Below, one piece after another: positions 19,247 through 29,073 of a stretch of DNA of 64,000 bases (positions within the stretch are counted from its first letter, which is position 1; every line of letters starts with the position of its first letter). Origin of the DNA: Escherichia phage 215Ecol030PP. The stretch is from sequence record PP328843.1, one strand, 5' to 3'. The position numbers and the translations under genes are program-made. Below the pieces are notes generated by a model that was not told the DNA's origin, did not search any database, and saw only the letters and a program-made list of their open reading frames with translations.

Positions 19247-20155
19247 TTAAGATTTAAGTAAATCAACAATTTTAATTAACTTTTCACGCTCAGATTTAGC
19301 TTTACTACTCAATCCAGATAGTCTGAAAATTTCATCGTCATATTGTTGAATAGAAATATTCAGCTCTTCAATCTGCTTATTAAAATAATCAATTTGTTCA
19401 GAATGTTTTTCGTTACTACGAACTGGTACAGGTTTTGTAGGCAATTTGGTTGAACTGGATTCATCCGGGCGATAAATTAAAATACAACTTGAACCAATCG
19501 GGCATTTTGCCCCAGATGAATATTCTAATGTTCCAGCTTCTTTTAAAACTTCAAAAGCCAAACAGAGATGATGCCCCATATTAACATAATCTGTAGAGCG
19601 AGCTCTGATGTAATAATCATCTCCACGAGTACTAAATTTAAAGCATTTAAGGTCTTCTGTATTATTGGTCTTAAAAATCATTTGTTTATCTAGACCTTTA
19701 GCTAATCGAGCGCCTAATGCTAATAATCGTCGTTGATTTTCCCACAAATCCGCAATCATTTGGTCAAATGATAATTTCGGCATTAGTCTACCATAAAGGT
19801 CATATCCTTTATTATAATTGCGAAGGATTTCACTCGCATTAATACGAGACAACGCTCCAATTTTATTAAGGGCTTTCATGATGCGATTAGATAAACCCAT
19901 TCCAGATCCGTTTGTTCGTTGCAAATGTTTATCTAACCCAAACCCAATATCAACTTTAAATTTATCTAAAATTTCAGCATGAACATCTCTGTCAATAACA
20001 TTCAAATCCAAAGTTGGGTTAAATCTATGAAAAAATTTATCTGGCTCTCCACGACGAAGTACAGTCCATTCATTTAATTTTTTATTAACTAAAGATTTAA
20101 TTACTGCATTGACATTATTAATTACTACTGACATATTTTCCTCACTCAATTTCAA
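19247..20155 (-). CDS. hypothetical protein with C-terminal coiled coil (302 aa)
   Basis: ORF; C-terminal coiled coil. Confidence 0.5.
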   Translation of the reverse strand: MKLSEENMSVVINNVNAVIKSLVNKKLNEWTVLRRGEPDKFFHRFNPTLDLNVIDRDVHAEILDKFKVDIGFGLDKHLQRTNGSGMGLSNRIMKALNKIGALSRINASEILRNYNKGYDLYGRLMPKLSFDQMIADLWENQRRLLALGARLAKGLDKQMIFKTNNTEDLKCFKFSTRGDDYYIRARSTDYVNMGHHLCLAFEVLKEAGTLEYSSGAKCPIGSSCILIYRPDESSSTKLPTKPVPVRSNEKHSEQIDYFNKQIEELNISIQQYDDEIFRLSGLSSKAKSEREKLIKIVDLLKS

Positions 20156-20549
20156 TTTTACTAAATATACAGAATAAGATGGAACAGACTATATAAGCAC
20201 CACACACAGATTGAACTAATACCATTCCAAAGAACCAAACAATATTATCAAACAATGTCTGTTTTACGTCGAAAGGACGTAAACTTACAGTAATATTATC
20301 GCCTTTTTCTATTGAAGAATACATCTCTGGGGAAATATATTCACTAAATCTATAACCGTCTTTGAGTTCATATACGGCAATAAACGATAAACTAGACCCC
20401 TTTCCTTGAGTTCCTATAAGGGTATTAACTACAGTAACATCATAATCTTTATAATGCATATAATCATTAATTGCATAATAACCATATGCAACTACTACAC
20501 ATAAACAACATATCAATAAATTCAATCTTTTAATTATCAACTGTTTCAT
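20142..20549 (-). CDS. membrane protein (135 aa)
   Basis: N-terminal and C-terminal hydrophobic helices. Confidence 0.5.
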   Translation of the reverse strand: MKQLIIKRLNLLICCLCVVVAYGYYAINDYMHYKDYDVTVVNTLIGTQGKGSSLSFIAVYELKDGYRFSEYISPEMYSSIEKGDNITVSLRPFDVKQTLFDNIVWFFGMVLVQSVCGAYIVCSILFCIFSKIEIE

Positions 20550-20604
20550 AATAATCTCAATTAAAAGGGCTTAGAACCATTATACCATCCTTGGTATAAA
20601 GCGG

Positions 20605-21132
20605 TTATGCGAGTACCGTCTTTAACCGTTCTTCAAACTTCCGAAGAGTATTTTGGCGTTCAGCTCTTTGCTTTTTGTAAGTTTCAATACGCTCTGAAAT
20701 GAGAGTGTATCGTTCATTTACTGATTCTTTCATAAAATCAGGAATTTCACGAGAAGCTTTAATCTCGTCAAATTTATCAATAACAGCTTGCTCTTCAGCA
20801 ATTAAGTTATCATACATCAAAATATCTTTCTTGATGAACTCAATATCTTCTTGAGTTACACGAGATAATTTAGATGCTTTATCCTTTTTGTACTGTTCAT
20901 TAGTATCACGAGACCAGTGTAATGTACGATTTTTATTCGTATTTTTGTAAATTTCTACAATACCAATCTCATCGATAATAACGATCCAATTCCAACGAGA
21001 TTTGTAAATTTGTCCTCCATCAACCGTGATTTCACCTCCAATTGAGATGTCATTAAAGAACTTGCTTTGAGCTTCAGATTTAAATTTACCATCATTGTAG
21101 TTTACCAAGTTGAAAATATCTTTAGCATTCAT
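20605..21132 (-). CDS. hypothetical protein with C-terminal coiled coil (about 175 aa)
   Basis: Start at MNAKDIFNLVNYN... preceded by GAGGAACAGAAA RBS. Confidence 0.5.
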   Translation of the reverse strand: MNAKDIFNLVNYNDGKFKSEAQSKFFNDISIGGEITVDGGQIYKSRWNWIVIIDEIGIVEIYKNTNKNRTLHWSRDTNEQYKKDKASKLSRVTQEDIEFIKKDILMYDNLIAEEQAVIDKFDEIKASREIPDFMKESVNERYTLISERIETYKKQRAERQNTLRKFEERLKTVLA

Positions 21133-21160
21133 TTTCTGTTCCTCCGTAGTTGATAGTTGT

Positions 21161-21190
21161 ATAGTACCACAAAGGAACAGTCTTGTAAAC
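21161..21190 (-). promoter_or_regulatory. T4-type early promoter
   Basis: Minus strand GTTTAC, 18-nt spacer, TACTAT. Confidence 0.55.
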
Positions 21191-21192
21191 AA

Positions 21193-21507
21193 CTAAAAGA
21201 AACTTCTTTCACAATTTTTTCCACTGAACCACGCGCTCACCGCTTTCTTAGTCTCAGGAGCAGTGTTATCCATAAACCATTCAAAAGCAGCCTTTTTATG
21301 ATTCTGGAGGGCTTCTCGGGCTTTAATCTGCTCACGGTCTATTAACACTAACATATGAGCCTTTCTTGTCACCATGGGCTTCTTATGATTTTTTGAATAC
21401 TCCCAATCATTTGTCCATCGCATCGTTGTTGCGAACTGAAATACAGCTTCTTTAATCTTAGTTTCGTAAATTTCACGAGCCTTTGAGTATAACATCACTA
21501 CCTCCAT
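21193..21507 (-). CDS. hypothetical protein (104 aa)
   Basis: ORF. Confidence 0.5.
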   Translation of the reverse strand: MEVVMLYSKAREIYETKIKEAVFQFATTMRWTNDWEYSKNHKKPMVTRKAHMLVLIDREQIKAREALQNHKKAAFEWFMDNTAPETKKAVSAWFSGKNCERSFF

Positions 21508-21596
21508 TTACCAGTTTAATTCTAGTCATCTTTTTGATGGCAGTCCATATAATCTATTTCTGAACTGCCTTTTTGTCTTAGAAGGCCTCTTATGAA

Positions 21597-22565
21597 TTAT
21601 TTCAGAAGAGTAACCTCAGCAATTTCTTCCCAACCGTTTTTGTCGGTCATAATAAAGTCAGCAAGATAAAGTGCAGTACGCAGTGAAACATTGCGTAAAC
21701 GGTTAACATTGACTTTCATCCATGATAATGCTTTATAAGTTTCTTCATCAGAAAGACCGCGCTTTTGCATCATGTCGGTTGAAAGAATAACATCTTCAAC
21801 CCTGACCATAATTTCTTCATTAGTGTGAACACCCAAATCTAAATAAACTGAGCGGGACACTAATGCTTGTAAATGTGGAGCGAGTTTAGTACCACGGTCT
21901 AATTCGCGGTCAATATCAACGTTTGTGATAAAAACAATCGTTCCTTTAAATTCAAACTCACGCTCAATGCCTTTTTCTTCTAAGTAAGAAGATGCAGTGC
22001 TCCAGCAGACTTTACGGGTCTCTCCAGTGTCCAGAGCAGCTTTCAGAAGATTAAGAATGTCCATATCAGAGAAAACATCCACATCATCAATCAAAAGGAC
22101 AGAATTCTCTTCACGATTATTCCAAAGCTGCTCATAAAGACCGATACCGGAGATTTTACCATTAATGCTTTTATACTCAATGTATCCAATATCATTTGCT
22201 TTATTCAAAGCTTTATCTAAAGAATACGTTTTACCAATACCTGCCGCACCAGAGATAATTAATGAACGAATGTTTCCGTTAATAATACCATTCGTCATCA
22301 TTCCCATAACATTAAATCTTTTATTAATGCGGGTTTTCATATCTTCATATGATTCTTTAACTTCTTCAACTTTTACACCATCATATGAAATGTCTGATTT
22401 GTAAACCCAAACACCGCGACGCTTACCGTCAATTTCAACAAAAACTTTACCATCTCCTTGTGCATCTACCGGAGCATTATCTGGGAACCATTCACCTAAG
22501 AGCTCAAAAGTTCCAGAGATTTCTTTACCGAAGTAGATACCCTTATTGATAGTTACAGTTTTCAT
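21597..22565 (-). CDS. P-loop NTPase (about 322 aa)
   Basis: Walker A GAAGIGKT and Walker B LLIDDVD. Confidence 0.6.
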   Translation of the reverse strand: MKTVTINKGIYFGKEISGTFELLGEWFPDNAPVDAQGDGKVFVEIDGKRRGVWVYKSDISYDGVKVEEVKESYEDMKTRINKRFNVMGMMTNGIINGNIRSLIISGAAGIGKTYSLDKALNKANDIGYIEYKSINGKISGIGLYEQLWNNREENSVLLIDDVDVFSDMDILNLLKAALDTGETRKVCWSTASSYLEEKGIEREFEFKGTIVFITNVDIDRELDRGTKLAPHLQALVSRSVYLDLGVHTNEEIMVRVEDVILSTDMMQKRGLSDEETYKALSWMKVNVNRLRNVSLRTALYLADFIMTDKNGWEEIAEVTLLK

Positions 22566-22601
22566 TTTATTCTCCAATTTCACATTTGTTTTGATAGGGT
22601 A

Positions 22602-22631
22602 ATAGTATCACACTACTACCCTTCTGTAAAC
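22602..22631 (-). promoter_or_regulatory. T4-type early promoter
   Basis: Minus strand GTTTAC, 18-nt spacer, TGATACTAT. Confidence 0.55.
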
Positions 22632-22634
22632 AAT

Positions 22635-22898
22635 TTATTTTAACGTTCGCCAAATTTTTACTGCTTCACGGCGAGATACTTCTACAGCTCCAAGTTCTAC
22701 AGCTTTTTGGCGTCGGCGAGCGTGTAAGTCATAATGTTTAATGCGTTTATCTTGAAACCAAGAACGTTTCATTCCTATTGCTTCTGCCATTTCATGAAGC
22801 TCTTCAATATCTCCATCAGTGAACATATGACAATTTTTAGTTGGATGACCGCGAAGTTTCCATCCATGATTCATTAAAACATCTACGTAAACTGTCAT
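22635..22898 (-). CDS. hypothetical protein (87 aa)
   Basis: ORF. Confidence 0.5.
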   Translation of the reverse strand: MTVYVDVLMNHGWKLRGHPTKNCHMFTDGDIEELHEMAEAIGMKRSWFQDKRIKHYDLHARRRQKAVELGAVEVSRREAVKIWRTLK

Positions 22899-23081
22899 TG
22901 ATTCTTCTCCAAATAAGTTTCGATAATTTTCTGGGCGAGATAAACCGCGTTATCTTCAGTTGCGTCTTCTAAGAAACTTTCAAAACACTCTGAAATTTCT
23001 TCTGTGTCAATCAACTTTTTTACTTCAATTGGTGTAATTTTCATTTTGTTTTTCCGTTTAAGTGTTTGTTTTGATAGTTGT

Positions 23082-23111
23082 ATAGTACCATAAAGCTTTA
23101 TGCTTGTAAAC
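23082..23111 (-). promoter_or_regulatory. T4-type early promoter
   Basis: Minus strand GTTTAC, 18-nt spacer, TACTAT. Confidence 0.5.
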
Positions 23112-23168
23112 TGTTTTGTGAAAAATTTTTGAAATAAAAAAAGGGACCTCTAAGGCCCCTTTATGCTT

Positions 23169-23654
23169 TTATTCCATTTCTATTATATGCATGTTCTTTT
23201 TGCTATCAAAATATATGTTTTTAACTGTTAACTCCGAATTAATTGGCAATAAAAACTCTCTTTCATAATCTACCATACAAAGGTTATCATAAAGCTTGTT
23301 AAGCTTATCATCGTCAGTTTGGCCAGATTCTTCAACTGCGATTAAATTTTCTAAAATGTCAATCATAGCAGTCGAATAGTCAAAAACGTTTGCATTTTTT
23401 AACACTACTAAAACATTAGTCATATAGCGTTCTGCAGCAAACGTTTCAGCTATATGAGACTCACTGCTAAAGGAAGTTATTCTTTTAAATTTGATTCTCC
23501 TATTAACTTCAAACTTATAAGATAGTACTTCCTCTATTGTAAGTCCTCTAAAAAGCACGTCTTTAATCTCAAGTTTGTCTTTAATGTAATCATTAACACG
23601 CTTATGATTAAAATCATTAATTTTGTTGCCAAGGCATTGCATTAAAATATGCAT
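23169..23654 (-). CDS. hypothetical protein with ADP-ribosyltransferase-like R-S-E motif pattern (161 aa)
   Basis: Ordered motifs VLFRG (Arg), SFSSES (Ser-rich strand), DYEREF (ExE) with spacing seen in R-S-E ADP-ribosyltransferases; motif-level only. Confidence 0.35.
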   Translation of the reverse strand: MHILMQCLGNKINDFNHKRVNDYIKDKLEIKDVLFRGLTIEEVLSYKFEVNRRIKFKRITSFSSESHIAETFAAERYMTNVLVVLKNANVFDYSTAMIDILENLIAVEESGQTDDDKLNKLYDNLCMVDYEREFLLPINSELTVKNIYFDSKKNMHIIEME

Positions 23655-23700
23655 TGTATTCTCCTCAATTTTTAAAGAGCAATTAATTAACTACACGTAT

Positions 23701-23730
23701 ATTATAATATGCTTTGCGGCAGAAGTAAAC
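23701..23730 (-). promoter_or_regulatory. T4-type early promoter
   Basis: Minus strand GTTTAC, 18-nt spacer, TATAAT. Confidence 0.5.
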
Positions 23731-23759
23731 AACTTTGTGACGTCATTTTAAACAAAAAA

Positions 23760-23775
23760 GGAGCCCGAAGGCTCC
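23760..23775 (-). promoter_or_regulatory. C(UUCG)G hairpin
   Basis: GGAGCCcgaaGGCTCC palindrome. Confidence 0.55.
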
Positions 23776-23778
23776 CTA

Positions 23779-24792
23779 TCATTTATAATAACTTCGGTGG
23801 TTTTCAAGATAGACCTTCTCAAGGAAGTCATCCCAGAAACTCATGTCTACTGTTTTAGGCATACCGTTCTTAGAAGCTTCAGTAGATGCTGCTTCTACTT
23901 GATCGACCACATCTTCCAAAAACTCTTGAACTGTTTTAAATGGATGTTTACCCAACTTCACGTCGAGAATAAATGGAGCATCTTGAAGTGGATAGACTAA
24001 GTCACCAGTTTTGTAAATTTCCAATAGTTGGAGTCCACCACGGCAAGCATGACTCAGAGCTTTCCAGTCAATGCCTTCATTGGCTTCGGCCTTACGAGCA
24101 CGTTCACCGTATTCAGCATCTAATTTGTTCAGTGACTGCTTAAGCTCAATAAGAGAAAGCGTTGTCTGATATTTACGACCCAACACAGTGTAGAACATTT
24201 GTGGGCCTGTTTTCTCATGATTATGGAACACCCATTCACAGAATTCGTTTTCTGGAAGACGATGCTTAATATCTTCAACTTTAGTACGACGCTGCTTAAT
24301 GGAACCGTCTTCTTGGTAATCAACCCATTGCTCAGGGATTTGATTAACTACTTTCAATACATCGCGTAATGCAGCCAAACGAGAACCCTTGACACCGTAT
24401 TTAGAAGCTTGCTTGCGAACATATCCTAAATAGGATTTCATGTTAGTCGTATAAAAACGAGAACGGTTGTCTTGAATAAACTTCCACACATCAGGCAAAT
24501 CAGATTTAACCACTAGTTCAGGTGGAGTGTGAAGCATATCCAACGCTACAGTTTCACCATCTGCTGCTAATTTAAAGAAATATTTAAGACTGTATAGTTC
24601 ATGGTCAATATCATCTTTAGTGTTTTTAGATGATGTGTTGTTAGTGTTTTTACTCATGTGCTCTTTGACATTTCCGATAAGAATATCGCGAGCAGGAGGA
24701 ACAAAGATTTCTTTAAAATCTACATCAGATTCTGGGGTAGAAGTTCCATAAAGATGGCTACCAAAATAACTTTTCATTACTGTTTTCATCAT
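23779..24792 (-). CDS. putative Pol-beta-superfamily nucleotidyltransferase (337 aa)
   Basis: N-terminal FGSHLYGTSTPESDVDF fits the NTase signature GS...G...SD[VI]D; a third acidic residue in TVALDMLH follows about 60 aa later. Confidence 0.5.
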   Translation of the reverse strand: MMKTVMKSYFGSHLYGTSTPESDVDFKEIFVPPARDILIGNVKEHMSKNTNNTSSKNTKDDIDHELYSLKYFFKLAADGETVALDMLHTPPELVVKSDLPDVWKFIQDNRSRFYTTNMKSYLGYVRKQASKYGVKGSRLAALRDVLKVVNQIPEQWVDYQEDGSIKQRRTKVEDIKHRLPENEFCEWVFHNHEKTGPQMFYTVLGRKYQTTLSLIELKQSLNKLDAEYGERARKAEANEGIDWKALSHACRGGLQLLEIYKTGDLVYPLQDAPFILDVKLGKHPFKTVQEFLEDVVDQVEAASTEASKNGMPKTVDMSFWDDFLEKVYLENHRSYYK

Positions 24793-25250
24793 TCAGCCTT
24801 ATATTCAATAACAGGACATACTTTAGCTTTACGAGCTTTTAAAAATTCAACGATAATCGATTTCTTGGGTTGAATAGGAGGTAAACCTTTATACGCTCTA
24901 TCAATATTTTCTACGTGTAAAGCATAATCCTTCTTCCATTTATAATCTTTATATTTTTCACGCAAATGTGCAGGAATAACAAATGAACCGATAATAAGTA
25001 AAACAACCAAAAGCGCAAGTATAAATGCTGATGGAAGCAAAGTCCATAAACTACCGAAAATAAGCCAACGTTGTAGACTTTCTGCACAAATAATTGTTAG
25101 CCCTACGAGTATAGTACATCCGAAAAAAGAAACGAAAAATGTAGGAATGGCAATAGACCAAAAGTATGCGCACAGCGTCTTAGGTCGTTGCCATTCATCG
25201 TTAAACAATTTGAATAATTTATAGTGCCAAGAGTTTTCATTAATAATCAT
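24789..25250 (-). CDS. membrane protein (153 aa)
   Basis: Three predicted transmembrane helices; stop overlaps the nucleotidyltransferase-like gene start. Confidence 0.5.
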   Translation of the reverse strand: MIINENSWHYKLFKLFNDEWQRPKTLCAYFWSIAIPTFFVSFFGCTILVGLTIICAESLQRWLIFGSLWTLLPSAFILALLVVLLIIGSFVIPAHLREKYKDYKWKKDYALHVENIDRAYKGLPPIQPKKSIIVEFLKARKAKVCPVIEYKAE

Positions 25251-25252
25251 AA

Positions 25253-25774
25253 TTATCCTTTCATTGAAGGTGTAACAGTTGTTAAATACTTAATCATAGC
25301 TTCAGCTTCTGATTTTGATAATGAAATTTCTTCATTGTTTTGACGAATAGAAATAAAATCCGGATGACGGTCACCACCAGCTTTTAAAACACACATATAA
25401 GTATCAGTTTCATCTTCAATATCTGAAATGATTGAAGCAGTTCCACATGAATGTGGTTTTTGATAAATCAATACAGCTTTTCTTCCACCGTTTGACTGTT
25501 CATAAACTTTTAACACATCAAACAAATCGCTTCTTTTATCAATAGCTAAGATGTTGTTTTCATCTTCAATATTAAATCCTTCGGATACTTCATAAAGTGT
25601 CACCCATAAATCACCAATATCAATAACAGCGTTCACTTTTCCATGACTTTCAAGAGTATGACAAATTTTCTTGATTTCGTCATAACTCATTTTAATAATA
25701 TCATCTCCTTGAATAAGGAAGATGTCATTTTTAAATTCAACACGAATTAAACCACTTCCACTTGAAATAAACAT
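25253..25774 (-). CDS. hypothetical protein (173 aa), paralogue of next ORF
   Basis: C-terminal ...EAEAMIKYLTTVTPSMKG resembles ...DEAIALKTYLDSVIPTMISK of the adjacent ORF. Confidence 0.5.
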   Translation of the reverse strand: MFISSGSGLIRVEFKNDIFLIQGDDIIKMSYDEIKKICHTLESHGKVNAVIDIGDLWVTLYEVSEGFNIEDENNILAIDKRSDLFDVLKVYEQSNGGRKAVLIYQKPHSCGTASIISDIEDETDTYMCVLKAGGDRHPDFISIRQNNEEISLSKSEAEAMIKYLTTVTPSMKG

Positions 25775-25780
25775 ATTTCC

Positions 25781-26338
25781 TCACTTTGAAATCATAGTTG
25801 GAATGACAGAATCGAGATAAGTCTTTAGCGCAATAGCTTCGTCTTTGGTAAATGTGACAATATACGATCGAAAATCATCAATTTGACGAATAGTTAAGAC
25901 ATCACCATCTTCATAGCATTTTGATACGTTTAAAACAGTTTCATCATTCTGATTGCAAGCGTTAGTAATAATAGCATTGCAATTTTTGAGCCATTTTAAA
26001 CTATGTTTTCTTTCATTAGAATAATAAAAATATTTAATCTTATCTATAAAACTATCCCAATGGATAACTGATAAACACATTGACTCACTTTTAATATTAA
26101 ATCCTGGGCATGAAGAATAAAAATGAATTTTGTGCTCATCATTGATGCTTACTATTTTATCAGTATAAGGATATTCAATTTGGGTTAAATGAATGATTTC
26201 ACTAGGCGTAAAATATAGCATATCGTCTTCTTGTGTCAAACGATACATATTATTTACTTTTTCTATAGCTAATTCACCAAAAAGCGGACTAACTTCTAAT
26301 ACTAATCGTTTCATATTGATTCTCTTCGACTCACCCAC
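25781..26338 (-). CDS. hypothetical protein (185 aa), paralogue of previous ORF
   Basis: See 25253..25774. Confidence 0.5.
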   Translation of the reverse strand: MGESKRINMKRLVLEVSPLFGELAIEKVNNMYRLTQEDDMLYFTPSEIIHLTQIEYPYTDKIVSINDEHKIHFYSSCPGFNIKSESMCLSVIHWDSFIDKIKYFYYSNERKHSLKWLKNCNAIITNACNQNDETVLNVSKCYEDGDVLTIRQIDDFRSYIVTFTKDEAIALKTYLDSVIPTMISK

Positions 26339-26668
26339 AATTACATACTCCTTTGAATAATATCAATAATGTTGTTCACCAGATTATAAGTAAACATTGG
26401 ATAATTATATTGAATCATCACATACACAACAAACAAAACTTTCATTCTCTTCTCCTTGGCAGTTGACAAGATTACTATATCATAATCTTGTCAACTTGTA
26501 AACCATTAAATGACGTTTTCAATAAAATTCTGAAGCTTTGTGTGAGCATCAACCATGATTTTCATTTCTTCTTTGGCGAAAGCTGTACCTCTTTCCCGAG
26601 AAGAACACTCATAGTCAGAAACTGCATTAGCATATTCTTCAATTAGTTTCATTAAAAACATCTGCTTT

Positions 26669-26863
26669 TCAGTTTTCATTGTTCCACCTAATCATTTCAA
26701 GATATTGAACTAACTTAGCTTTAGATTTATCCAAATCCTTTTTAGCTGCTTCTATACCATCGTATGAATATCCTTCACAATGCTCAACTGCTAATTGATA
26801 TGAATCTATTTCAATATCACGTGCTAATTTAATGATTTTTTCAAACTGTTCACGTGTTAGCAT
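26669..26863 (-). CDS. hypothetical small protein (64 aa)
   Basis: ORF. Confidence 0.45.
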   Translation of the reverse strand: MLTREQFEKIIKLARDIEIDSYQLAVEHCEGYSYDGIEAAKKDLDKSKAKLVQYLEMIRWNNEN

Positions 26864-26865
26864 AA

Positions 26866-27105
26866 TTAAACTCTCGTATTATGATCGATAATTTCATCAA
26901 GAAACATATCTAACGCTTCTAAAGCATTATCAACTTTAGCTTCAAATTTTTCAATACCTTTATTTGCAATGCCTGCCGAAAACCAAGCAAAGTCACTAAG
27001 TTCCTCATCTGCTTTACGAATTGAAGCCACTAATTCCTTGATTTTATCCGCTTGTTCGATACTAATCATTATTCCACCACATATGAAAGAGAGAACATTG
27101 CACAC
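26866..27105 (-). CDS. hypothetical small protein (79 aa)
   Basis: ORF. Confidence 0.45.
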   Translation of the reverse strand: MCNVLSFICGGIMISIEQADKIKELVASIRKADEELSDFAWFSAGIANKGIEKFEAKVDNALEALDMFLDEIIDHNTRV

Positions 27106-27257
27106 GCCATATGAGTTGCAGCTTCATCACACATATCATAACGTTTCTTAAGAAGTTCTACAAGTTCTTCACTAGTAACTTCATCCATGTCGACGAAAAA
27201 ATCACCATTAATGATGACGTAGATATTTCCTTCTTGATTAAGTGCTTCAATTTTCAT
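27069..27257 (-). CDS. hypothetical small protein (about 62 aa)
   Basis: Start [19 protein letters not shown]... Confidence 0.45.
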   Translation of the reverse strand: MKIEALNQEGNIYVIINGDFFVDMDEVTSEELVELLKKRYDMCDEAATHMACAMFSLSYVVE

Positions 27258-27285
27258 GATGTTCTCCTCTTTATCCGATAGTTGT

Positions 27286-27315
27286 ATAGTACCACAGCTC
27301 AAACGGAAAGTAAAC
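27286..27315 (-). promoter_or_regulatory. T4-type early promoter
   Basis: Minus strand GTTTAC, 18-nt spacer, TACTAT. Confidence 0.55.
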
Positions 27316-27331
27316 CGGTAAAATGAAAAAA

Positions 27332-27347
27332 GTCTCCCGAAGGAGAC
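27332..27347 (-). promoter_or_regulatory. C(UUCG)G hairpin
   Basis: GTCTCCcgaaGGAGAC palindrome. Confidence 0.55.
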
Positions 27348-27352
27348 TAATG

Positions 27353-27739
27353 TTATTCGAGGGAAAGAAGATACTTACTCTGGTAAAACATTCCAGTAAT
27401 ATCATCTATCGTGCTTTGGATGGCTGGAGGCATTTCTTTATAAATGCTGTTAGATTGGTCTAGTATGCGATCAATCATTTTAATTGTGTCGGTAGGAAGT
27501 TTACTAGCATCTGGAATTGAAGGTGTGTATTTTCTACCAGAATACCCCAAATATCGCTCACCAAATTTATCAATCAAATCTGGCAACTCGGAGAAAATAA
27601 AATCGTATGCTTTGTGTCTAGCATAATTTTTAGTTTCAAAATGTGCAGAATGAAAATAAGCTTGTGCAGCCATTAATAAACCTAAGTATTCATCTGCCTT
27701 TGAAGGTTTTCCACTTTGTGAAAAGTCGCTGAATTTCAT
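27353..27739 (-). CDS. hypothetical protein (128 aa; rI.1 position)
   Basis: ORF downstream of rI. Confidence 0.5.
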   Translation of the reverse strand: MKFSDFSQSGKPSKADEYLGLLMAAQAYFHSAHFETKNYARHKAYDFIFSELPDLIDKFGERYLGYSGRKYTPSIPDASKLPTDTIKMIDRILDQSNSIYKEMPPAIQSTIDDITGMFYQSKYLLSLE

Positions 27740-28029
27740 TCAGTCTCCAATTTAATGTTCATAATTCTAGCGTATGATTGTGCCATCTCCGCGCCTCGTT
27801 CTATACATTCAAAATCAGAAGAGCACGGGTCATTTTTATAGGTCGTTCTCATAAAACTATAGAATTGTTCAGACGATTCTACGCTTTTATTTTCAAAAAG
27901 CATATAAACGTGCCTAATACCAGATTCCATAAATTTATCAAAATGAGGATCGACATTCGCTTCAATCGATGGAGATAAAACAAATGACAATCCTAGCATG
28001 GCAAATAGTGCCGTTGCTTTTAAGGCCAT
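27736..28029 (-). CDS. rI: lysis-inhibition regulator RI (periplasmic antiholin)
   Basis: 97-aa ORF MALKATALFAMLGLSFVLSPSIEANVDPHF... with signal-anchor; matches T4 RI. Confidence 0.85.
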   Translation of the reverse strand: MALKATALFAMLGLSFVLSPSIEANVDPHFDKFMESGIRHVYMLFENKSVESSEQFYSFMRTTYKNDPCSSDFECIERGAEMAQSYARIMNIKLETE

Positions 28030-28041
28030 AAAGGCCTCCTA

Positions 28042-28254
28042 TCATTTTTGCCCTGTATTTACTTTATGCCGATGCACGGCCTTAACTTTATCAAGGTATT
28101 TTTCAAAATTTCGCAATCTAGTATAGTCTGCCGGAGATTGGTTGAGTGATACTTCTCGACGCAAAGCTGAAATGATATTTCCAACTTCCCTACGAATTTC
28201 ATCTAATTGAAGAACGGTAAGATTGCGAAGTTGCTTTTCAGTTAATTGTAGCAT
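28042..28254 (-). CDS. hypothetical small protein (70 aa)
   Basis: ORF upstream of rI. Confidence 0.5.
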
Positions 28255-28296
28255 ATATACCCCTTTAGTTAGATAAACCTATTTATAACTTTTGCA

Positions 28297-28878
28297 CTAA
28301 CCGAGCTTTTTAGTTAATTCATTCCAATGTTTTCTACACAAAGAAACATAAATTTCATCACCAATACAGATTTGATTACCTTCTTTAACTGGTGTTCCAT
28401 CTTCCATTAATCGAGCTGTCATAATAGCTTTTTTACCACAATGACAAACTGCCTTTAGTTCAATAAGTTTATCTGCAATCGCTAAAAGTTCTTTAGAACC
28501 TTCAAACAATTTTCCAGCGAAATCAGTCCTTAATCCATAAGCCATAACAGGAACATTATATGTATCAACAATTCGACTTAATTGATGCACTTGTTCAGTT
28601 TTTAAAAACTGGGCTTCATCTACAAATACGCAATGAATATCTTTTTGTGCTTCAGCCCATTTATAGAACTCGAAAATATCCATATCATCTGTAATAATAT
28701 TTGCTTCCTGCCTAATTCCAATGCGAGAAACGACTTCACAGACAGAATCGCGAGTATCAATAGCAGGCTTAAGAACTAATACACTCATTCCGCGTTCTTT
28801 ATAATTATGTGCAGCAGTCAAAAGAGAAGCAGATTTTCCAGCATTCATTGCTGCATAAGTAAAAATTAAACTCGCCAT
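28297..28878 (-). CDS. tk: thymidine kinase
   Basis: 193-aa ORF with P-loop AAMNAGKS, VDEAQF and C-terminal zinc cysteines (CHCGKK...CRKH). Confidence 0.9.
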   Translation of the reverse strand: MASLIFTYAAMNAGKSASLLTAAHNYKERGMSVLVLKPAIDTRDSVCEVVSRIGIRQEANIITDDMDIFEFYKWAEAQKDIHCVFVDEAQFLKTEQVHQLSRIVDTYNVPVMAYGLRTDFAGKLFEGSKELLAIADKLIELKAVCHCGKKAIMTARLMEDGTPVKEGNQICIGDEIYVSLCRKHWNELTKKLG

Positions 28879-28887
28879 ATCACCTTC

Positions 28888-29073
28888 TTAAAGCGTATTC
28901 ACATAAGCTATTAATTCGTTTTCTTTCTTATCAAACCGATCAGCAAATTCTTCTTGCTGTTCGGGAGATAGCGGGCCGTATTCATCATAAAAGGTGTTTG
29001 CTTCTGTATGCTCATCTAGAAGTTCATGGATAAGCTCAAACAATTTGTCTTTTTGTTCTTTGCTTAGGCTCAT
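28888..29073 (-). CDS. hypothetical small protein (61 aa)
   Basis: ORF. Confidence 0.45.
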   Translation of the reverse strand: MSLSKEQKDKLFELIHELLDEHTEANTFYDEYGPLSPEQQEEFADRFDKKENELIAYVNTL

